From Vicugna vicugna (taxonomy: Eukaryota): a stretch of DNA of 64,000 bases. A program made the position numbers and the translations under genes. How positions within the stretch are numbered: position 1 is the stretch's first letter; each line of letters opens with the position of its first letter. Where the stretch lies: NCBI GenBank assembly GCA_013265495.1, contig MU058000.1, positions 434,001 through 498,000 of the forward strand, in the 5' to 3' direction. Positions 63,946 to 64,000 of the stretch are shown here, piece after piece. The notes under the pieces were generated by a model. It had not been told where the DNA came from. It saw only the letters and a program-made list of their open reading frames with translations, and searched no databases.

Positions 63946-64000
63946 TAATGGACTGAATTGTGTGGAAATTTTTGTGTGGAAGCCTTAACTCCCAATATGA

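Noticed and set aside
28888..64000. Further TSHR coding exons
   Set aside because: No leucine-rich-repeat exon with TSHR-like translation was seen; TSHR intron 1 is known to be very long. A very small exon could have been missed by eye.

Overview
Mammalian genomic DNA, most likely a camelid (a tRNA-derived SINE of the camelid Vic-1 type lies at 48136-48278). The window holds the head-to-head 5' ends of two genes. CEP128 is on the minus strand: CpG-island promoter and exon 1 near 15.6-15.9 kb, a 156-nt non-coding exon at 13626-13781, and the first coding exon at 1331-1492. TSHR is on the plus strand: CpG island 27.9-28.5 kb, CRE-like and NKX2-1 promoter motifs, exon 1 CDS 28718-28887, then about 35 kb of intron 1 with no exon 2 visible. 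The rest is largely transposon-derived (L1, L2, MIR, MaLR/ERV LTRs, DNA transposons). The intergenic spacer contains a nested retrotransposition cluster inside an old L1. One insert is a younger L1 whose 3' UTR is interrupted by a full-length U6 snRNA copy and which carries a 3' transduction. The other is a GC-rich, frameshifted retrocopy of a strongly remodelled H2A.X-like histone gene, with an expanded repeat-containing N-tail, SQEY changed to SKEY, and a broken histone stem-loop followed by AATAAA. This may be the footprint of an undescribed lineage-specific H2A.X-derived variant. Gene, family and consensus comparisons are from memory, not from database searches.
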